A DNA stretch of 64,000 bases from the human T2T-CHM13v2.0 reference genome, Homo sapiens: the NCBI RefSeq assembly GCF_009914755.1, contig NC_060930.1; one strand, given 5' to 3'. The number at the start of each line of letters is the position of its first letter. Position 1 is the first letter of the stretch. A model generated the notes under the pieces. That model made no database searches. It was not told the DNA's origin and saw only the letters and a program-made list of their open reading frames with translations. Both the position numbers and the translations under genes were made by a program. This document shows positions 52,137 to 64,000 of the stretch, piece by piece.

Positions 52137-54510
52137 AAGTAACTGTATATATTTTCATGAGACAATTTAATCAATTTACATTCAAGGTTATTTTGATAGG
52201 TATGACTTACTCCTGCCATATTTGTTCGTTGTTTCCTAGTTGTTTTGTAGGTCCTTGATTCCTTCTTCCTCTCTTGTTTTCTTCCTTTGTGGTTTGATGG
52301 CTTTCTGTAGTGCTGTGCTTTGATTCTATTCTTTTTATCTTTTTTAAAAATATATGTTATAGGTTTTTTCTTTGTGGTTATCCTGAGACATACATAAAAC
52401 ATTTTATACTTATAACACATTAACTTAAGCTGATAACAGCTTAATTTTGAGTACATACACAAACTCTCCATTTTTACTGCCCCTCCTCCTGCATTTTATG
52501 TTTTTGATGTCACACTTTAGATGTTTAAATACTATGTATTCCTTAGCAATTATAGTTTTCATTGTTTTAATAGTTTTGCATTTTGACCGTTACACTAGAG
52601 ATATACTTGATTTACCCACCACCATTACTGTATTAGAGTGTTTTGAATTTGATGATGTAATTCCTTTTACTCATGAGTTTTATACTTTTGTATGTTTTTA
52701 TTACTAATTAATATCTTCTTTCAGCTTGAAGAACTTCCTTTCACATTTTCTTGTAATACAGTTCTAGTGTTGATAAAGTTTCTCAGCTTTCATTTGTCTG
52801 AGAAAGTCTTTATCACTCCTTTGTTTTGTTTTTGAAAGACAGGGTTGCTGACAAAGACAGGGTTCTTGGTTGGCAGCCTTTTTCTTTTAATACTTTGAAT
52901 ATATCATCTGACTGCCTTCTGAGCTTCTCAGGTTTCTGCTAAGAAATCTGCTGATAGTCTTACGGAGGTTCCTCAGTAGCGGCAATTTGACTTTTCCTTG
53001 ATGCTTTTAACACTCTTTTTCTTTAACTGTTGACAATTTGACTATGACATGTCATGGTGTGGATCTCTTTGGATTCATCTTATTTGATGTCTTATCGGCT
53101 TCTTGGATCTGGCTTTCTAATTTCTTTCCCAGACTTGGGAAGTTTTCTGCCATTATTTCTTCGAATATGTTTTTTGTCCCTTTCTTTGTTGTTCGTCCTT
53201 TTGGCATTCTAGTACTGTGTAATTTGTTCTGCTTGATGGTGTCTCATAAATCTTTTAAGCTATCTTCACTTTTTCATTCTCTTTATTTATTTATTTATTT
53301 ATTTCTCCTCAGATTGGATAATTTCCTGTGCTCTACCTTCAAGTTCACTGATCTTTTTTTCTGCTTGATCTAGTCCATCATTTATACCCTCTACTGAATT
53401 TTTTAGTTTGGTTATAGCATTCTTCAAATCCATGATTTCTGTTTTGTATTTTCAAAAAATACTTTCTATCTATTTGTTAAAATTTCTCCGGCTTTTCTTG
53501 CACTGCTGTCTTTACCTCCGTGATCATCTTCATGACCATTATTTTGATTTTTTTTTCAGGTAAATCATAAAACTCCACTTCATTTGGGTCAGTTCCTGGA
53601 GATTTATCTTGTTCTTTCATTTAAAATATATTTTCATTTTATTTGATTCTCTGTGTTGGCTTCTGTGCATAAGATAAGATAACTACCTCTTTTTAGCTTG
53701 TTTGACTAGATTTGTGTAGGAGAGGTTTTCACCAGTCCATCCAGCCAGAGGTTTTAAGGTGGCTCCCAAATCTTTACACTTGTCCAGTCTTCTATCTATG
53801 GTTTTGGTGGCCCCCTGGAGCTTAGGATGTGCCATGTCTTGTCAGTAACCAGAGATTAGTATAATAGAAGCCAGACTCTTTAGATGTAGCTGGAAAGGTT
53901 GGGGTGTTAAATGTTAATTTTAGTTCTATCTTTTCAGGAAGGCTGAGCATGAGTATCTATATCCCATTCTTTCTGAACTAAACTGGAAAGAATATCTCTG
54001 GCAAATTCCTGCAGCTTCTGATACAGAAGGGATAGCTTCTGGAAGTGGGCCCATTATTTGGCCACCTGTTTATTTTTTGTGGTCTTGGGTTATTCAGGGT
54101 CATAAAGCCCCCTTGACTTCCAGGGCTAGGTCATTAGGAGACAGTCTGTTAGGTGGGAGCTATGAAGTTGTGGTTGTCAGTGAATGGCCTAACACCTTTC
54201 AGAAAAAAAACATGAATAGGCCTGGATTTATCTCTGGGGTGAGCTGGGGAGCTAGGGGTTCTAAGTGCTGAGCTCCGGCTCTAGCTACCAAAGAGCTATT
54301 GTGTATTTGTCCCTTTACCTCTTCTATGCAAGTTCATTAGAAACCAGGCTGTCAAGTAGCCATGGAGTGCATATTTTATAAGCTTCTTCCAGGCAGAAAG
54401 TGAAAAGTACACATTCCTGCCTCATTTTTTTACTACACCAAGAGGGTATAGCCCCTGGAAATGTATGGATGCCTGTTTAAAACCACTTATTTGTTCTGAG
54501 ATGAAGGGAG

Positions 54511-54521
54511 ACTCTCTCTCT

Positions 54522-54596
<75 letters not shown>

Positions 54597-54625
54597 TATA
54601 TATGCATATATATGTGTATATATAT
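54511..54625. repeat. (CT)n(TA)n(CA)n microsatellite
   Basis: Seen directly. Confidence 0.95.
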
Positions 54626-56205
54626 GCTTATTCACTTCTGTTCTCAGAGCTATGAGGTTTAGGATGAAGTCATTTAGGATGTAGCTTTAACAACTGGGGC
54701 CCTTGATGTGTGTTCTAGACCCCTTCTGGGGTTAAACAGTGAGTTGCATTTTTAAAGCTCCTTCTCTGCACTGTTCCTAGGGGATAAAATTCTTGGAGAT
54801 GCTTGCACATCTATTTAAAAATGCTGCATTTATCCTAAGATATAGAGAGACATATGTGTGCCAGTTCCTTCTGCTCCCAGAGCTAGGAGATTTAGATGCA
54901 GTCCCTTAGGTGGATGTTGTAAAAGTTTGGGCTCTTGATGTGAGTGCAAATTCCTCCCAGTCTGGTGGCAGGTTAATTACTGACTTCCTTTAACTCCCCA
55001 ATACAAGTTAATTAGAAGTCAGATTGCTAGGTAGTGGCCGGAGAGATGTTTCATAAACCTCTTCCAGAGGAATCGGGGGGATGTGTTTTGTAAGCCCCTT
55101 TGTGGCACTTCTAGGAAGAGGAAGTCTCTGAAAGTGCTTGCAGCTCATATAAAACTTCTGCTCTTTAATTTTTTTCCTATGATCTAGAGAGACACACATG
55201 TGTTTACTCCTCTCCACCTCTGTAGCTGGTGAATGAAGAGTCAAAATGTGGGGAGACTTAGGGTTGGGGTCCTATATGTGAGGTCTAGATCCTACTCTCT
55301 ATAGGGAGGAACTGTGTGTTGGAGATTCCTTTCCCAGTTTTATGACTCAGTGCCCAAGGTGAGTCTGTGCCCCAGTGTGCTTCAGCTTTTTCTATCCATT
55401 CAATGTGGATGTTTTCTCAGTTGCCTGGTGGGTAGGAATCTCCTGACTGCTCTCTGACTCTCTCAGAGAGAATTGATCCATGGATAAATGTTTATGTGAT
55501 GGATTTGTGGGTGGAGGAAGAGTCAGGAGCTTCTTATTTTGCCGTGTTGGTGATGTTGTCCTCCTTAGAGTTTTTAAAACATCAGTAATACTGGAAATTT
55601 TTAGGGTTGATTGATCATAGAAAAGTTAACGAAGATTATTTCAGTACAGACTCATTCTTGATCTCTCATAATTATGACATCACCAAGAATGTTTATGACT
55701 TTCAGTATGTCATATTAATGAGAAATTAGGGCAGTTTGATTTTTTCTTTCTAAATATTGATAATTATTTTGTCTGTTGACTATAGGCATTTAGCATGTTG
55801 CATCCTGTTTATGTTATCTCCTGGGACACCAAATTATTAAAGCAGAGTAAACATACACATTCCTCTGGTTTGTAAATGTTTATTATGCTACTTACTGTGT
55901 ATTCACTGTTCACTGCATATGCTTTTCAAATATTTTTAACATTCATTTGTTGGCATCCACATATCTACCAATGGAATCAATTTGGTAGCAAAGCTATTTA
56001 TTTATTTATTTTACTCCCCTCTTTTAGCAAATGAAGGTAGAGATCAAAATAATTTGCTCCAATATGTTATCCAAATATTAAAAAGAAAACAGAAAGCTAA
56101 AAAAACCTGTTTTTACAGAGACCCTTTATACTGTTTGTTATATTTTAGCCCTGACAGACAAGAAGGTATATAGGAAATCATGTGAGTTTGTAGACTGATA
56201 CCTTA

Positions 56206-57662
<1,457 letters not shown>

Positions 57663-57939
57663 AAAAAATATGGTAAAATATAGGACCCTTCCCTTTTCAA
57701 GGTAACCTATTTATAGTCAGCACCAAAAGCTTCCAAGCACTACCACACCTCACATTTTGCTATGTCAGACACAAACTATTGACATTGCAGCAACTGTGGA
57801 TTCTCCTTACACTCTGAATGCTGCCTTCTCTCCCTCTTCAGGGACTCCCATTTCCATACCTCAGGTCCCAAGACTTCCTAATGACTAGTAGTTCCACAAG
57901 CCCACCGTGCTACCAAACTTGCTGGACCCTTGGCCTACA

Positions 57940-58245
57940 ATGCCTTGCCCGTCTTTCTTCACTTCATTAACTCTTACTGGTCCTTCAAAATGTAGCTTAA
58001 ATATCGCCTTCTCAAGGAAGCTTTTCTTGATCCATCATCTACCTCACTCCAATCTGATATGGTCTCTTCTGTGTGCTTGCACTCTTTGATAACTTGCAGC
58101 AAAATTATTTGTCTGCTTATTTTCTTTTCCAACTAGTTTGAGGATTTGGGTAAAAAGTATGTTTTACTGATTTCTCTATCCTTTGTGCCTATAGTGATTA
58201 GGAACTGAAAAAAGTGCTGTCAAATGAAAAGTTAAATGAATGACT
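57940..58245 (+). mobile_element. L2 3' fragment
   Basis: tagcttaaatatcgccttctcaaggaagcttttcttga...gtgcctatagtg...taaatgaatga. Confidence 0.6.
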
Positions 58246-58329
58246 CCAGGCAGATATTCAAGGTATATTTAAAGAGTGGTATATTATGCTAATGCAAGGT
58301 GTTTTTTTCAATAGAATGCAAAGTATGTA

Positions 58330-58635
58330 TGTCTCAAACACAATAGACATCTAGTTCTTGTTCACTGTTTGTGGTGGTGTTTCTGATTGGCGGGGACAGA
58401 AATTTCTCCATGAGATCAATCAGTAATCAAAGCTAACAGAGGCTCTGCCATCTTTGAAACATGACTTCCAAGGAATGTAGTCATCTAAGTCCCAGTTAGC
58501 CACGAAAGGAAAAAGCTAGGAGGAACAGTCCCAGGGGGCAGAGGGCATGCATGTGAGAGACCCTTCTGGGCCAGGCCTAAGGGCCACATTTTACTTTCAC
58601 ATGCATCCCACTGGCAGGACTCAGTCATTCAGGAG
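58330..58635 (-). mobile_element. MLT1 LTR fragment
   Basis: ctctgccatcttt...catgacttccaagg; cccactggcaggactcagtcat. Confidence 0.55.
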
Positions 58636-58915
58636 CACAAGCCTCTTCAGGGTAACATACTAGCACATAAATTTGTAATAAATGTTAATGTGACCCCTTT
58701 TCAAACTATTTCAACCATTAATTATATTTCTATAAAACCAAGAACTTGCTAGTTTCTGAATGTTTTACTTTATGTCTTCAAAAATAAAGCCCTTCTTGGT
58801 CTATTATAAAACACTTTTGACACTCAAAAATTCTAACTAAAGATAACTAAAAATATATTTTATTTCCCTATGCACCACTACATGTTTCCCTGTTCTATTC
58901 TGGATTCTGAGTCCA

Positions 58916-58922
<7 letters not shown>

Positions 58923-58985
<63 letters not shown>
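58923..58985. repeat. (TG)n(AG)n microsatellite
   Basis: Seen directly. Confidence 0.95.
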
Positions 58986-58986
<1 letters not shown>

Positions 58987-59523
58987 AGAAGGAGATACAT
59001 GCATTAACCTATCTATTCATTCCTATTAAGCACCAGGTGCCATGTTCAGTGCTGAGTATACAAAATGAGTGAGACATGTTACCTGCTTTTAAGGTTTTTA
59101 TAATCTGGTGAAATTCACATAAATAGAACATTTTGAATCTGTGTGGTAGGTATGCTTCTCTCTTCCTGTTATTCATTTTCAATCTATTCCTTGACTTTTT
59201 CCCTCCTATCCATTTTTTTTCCCCAGAGTTGAACTTCAAAGGCTCTAATCCTGTGTAATCACAGATCTTTAAAAATTCTGTTTATATCGTATCTAGAAAG
59301 CAGTTTTCATTTACACAATCTCTTCAAATCACTGCCAGTGATTTGTGAGAGCTGCAATTAAACCACAGGTATTTTTATTTTGTATGTTCTTTGGGGGAGG
59401 AAAACAGACTTACTTAATGAATCATTTTACAGCCTAAAAGGATAATTAGAAAATATAATATTCCATCCTTACACACACACACACGGATTTTTCAAATAAT
59501 TTTAAGAATTCTGAAATTTATAA

Positions 59524-59838
59524 TTTCTTTCTTTTTTTGTGTGTGAGATAAGGTTTCATTCTGTCACCCAAGCTAGAGTGCAGTGGCATGATCATAGCTC
59601 ACTGTTACCTTGAACTCCTGGGCTCAAGTAATGCCCCTATCTCAGCCTCCTGAATAACTAGGACTATAGGCGTGTGCCACACACTGGCTAACTTTTAAAT
59701 GTTTTGCAGAGACAGGGTCTCACTATATTGCTCAGGCTGGCCTCACACTTCTGGCATCATACTCCTGGCCTCAATTGATCCTCCTGCCTTGGGCTCTCAC
59801 AGCACTGGGATTACAGGCATAAGCAACCATGCCGGGAT
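59524..59838 (-). mobile_element. AluJ
   Basis: gatcatagctcactgttaccttgaactcctgggctcaag. Confidence 0.9.
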
Positions 59839-61119
59839 CATTTTCTTTTATTTAAATTTGAAAGGATTTATAATAAAAGAAATTTCACTATTATTCATCT
59901 TATACTACCTTTGGTATAATGTTTTCTTATATCACAAGAGAATAATTCTTTTAGAAATACTTTCTATACATATATTTTTCTATGCAAGTTTTAGTAGATT
60001 GGTCTAGGTGAAAAAAACTTATTTCAAAGAAGTTCTGGGAAAGAATACATTTTTCGCCAAGTGGATTTATATAAAGAAAATTAAAATTGCATAGTATAAA
60101 AAGAACTATTATACTAAATGTTGACTAAAAGTTTTATATGGTTATGCTTTGTATCATGATTGAGATTGCAAGCTTCTTGAGGATTGAAATCAACATTTTC
60201 TCTTGTAAACTCTTTCTGTTATGATAGAATATCTCATAATAACTAATTATTGGACCATGTATTCTTTTTTGCAATATATGTGGCTAACAATTTTGCTGTT
60301 GTTTATTTTTATCTATATTTGCATTTTTGAAAACTTTATTAATAATTGCAATTTACTATTATAATTATGTTGACCTTAAATCAGTCATTTAGAAAGTAAA
60401 GTAAATCTCAGTTTTCTTCTCTTAGAAGATTTTCAGGTAAGTTAAATATAATACTTCATAAGAATGGCTGTCAAAATATTAGACAAATCATCTAAAATAT
60501 GGTAAAAGGCAATATACATGGAAATTAAATCATTCTTAAGACTCACAAAAATGAAGAGAATAAAAAGAAAATCAGCGTTGGCAAAGGAACTGTGAGTCAG
60601 TAGTTCCAAATTTCATCAAAGACTTAAAAAACAAAACAAGAAAAAAACAAAGAAAGAAACCAGATGCACATTTGAGTCCCATCTATGGAAAGTATTCTAT
60701 ATTTTTATGATTTCAACAAAGGTACTAGAATAATAAAATGATGATTATGCTTCAGTAGGACTCATAAGTGAATAAGCAAGTTCTTAACATTTTTTTAACA
60801 CTGTCATTTTAACACTGTCAGTTGATGGTACTTTTGCCATCAATTAGGAATCAGGATTTCTCTGATCCTAATTGAATTCAATAAAATATCCTTGAAAAGT
60901 TGCAGTTTGCAAGGTTGAGAATAGATACCAACTCATAGCTGGATGTGCAAAGTAGGTGCCATAGTTATGGAGAATTACAAGGAAAGGAATTGCAAAAGTC
61001 CTCAAATTTGAATAAGCCACTACAACTGGTAAATTATGGCAGACTGAAGAGCACACTGGGGGGAGTGCTGCTGGCTTTCCCAATCTATCTGTCTGTCTGT
61101 TTCTCCCTCTCTATCATCT

Positions 61120-63280
<2,161 letters not shown>

Positions 63281-63288
63281 TATATATA

Positions 63289-63592
63289 TTTTTTTTTTGA
63301 GATGGAGTCTCACTCTGTTGCCCAGGCTGGAGTGCAGTGACGTGATCTTGGCTCACTGCAACCTCGCCTTCCAGGTTCAAGCAATTCTCTTGTCTCAGCC
63401 TTCCAAGTAGCTGGGACTATAGGAGTGCACCACCACACCCAGCTAATTTTTTTTTTCTTTTTTTGTATTTTTAGTAGACATGGGTTTTGCCATGTTGGTC
63501 AGGCTGGTCTCGAACTCCTGACCTCAAGGTGATCCACCTGCCTCAGCCTCCCAAAGTGCTAGGATTACAGCCATGAGCCACTGCACCTGGCC
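63289..63592 (-). mobile_element. AluS (Sx/Sz-like)
   Basis: Full dimeric Alu. Confidence 0.94.
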
Positions 63593-63629
63593 AGTTTTTC
63601 ACAATATTCTATTCTTATTCTCTTTTTAA

Positions 63630-64000
63630 ACCAAACTATCTTTGAGAAAATTGTAGATTCATATGCAGTCCTAAGACATAATACAGAGATTCCATGGTGT
63701 CTTTACTTAGCTTCTGCCAATAGTAGCATCTTGCAAAATTACAGTTCAATATTGCAACCAGTGTATGGATATTGATACATTCAAGACGCAGAACATTTTC
63801 ATTACCACAAGGATTTCTCTTGTCAACCTTTTATATCAAAACCCACCTCCCTCCATCCATGACCTTTGACAACCTTTAATCTGTTCTCTATTTTTATAAT
63901 TTTGAGTTTGAAGATGTTATATAAGTGGAATCATAGACTATGTAGCCTATTGGGATTGGCTTTTTTTTTTGACTCAGCATAATTCTCTGGAGATTCACAC
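63630..64000 (-). mobile_element. L1MB/MC 3' end
   Basis: tttgagaaaattgtagattcatatgcagt...aataatacagagattcc...atataagtggaatcatag. Confidence 0.75.

Overview
AT-rich primate (most likely human) genomic DNA, judged from AluY/S/J, L1PA/L1PB/L1M, MIR/L2 and ERV LTR content. No intact protein-coding gene, RNA gene, CpG island or CRISPR array is supported. Most of the listed ORFs are Alu, L1 or LTR translations or chance ORFs. Four things stand out. (1) A ~1.6-kb inversion (24301-25914) that can be read from the sequence alone: it split an L1PA13-like element, flipped its 5' end and TSD, and has AluY pieces at both breakpoints. (2) A series of minus-strand, splice-site-bounded, stop-containing exon-like segments with RGS-domain-like motifs, a candidate decayed (unitary) pseudogene; this is inference. 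(3) A young L1HS/L1PA2 twin-priming insertion (56205-57679) with a complete junction signature. (4) A perfect 40-bp inverted repeat with a template-switch-like signature, and a hairpin-containing 39-bp VNTR. Repeat subfamily calls come from recalled consensus sequences, and boundaries of old elements are approximate.
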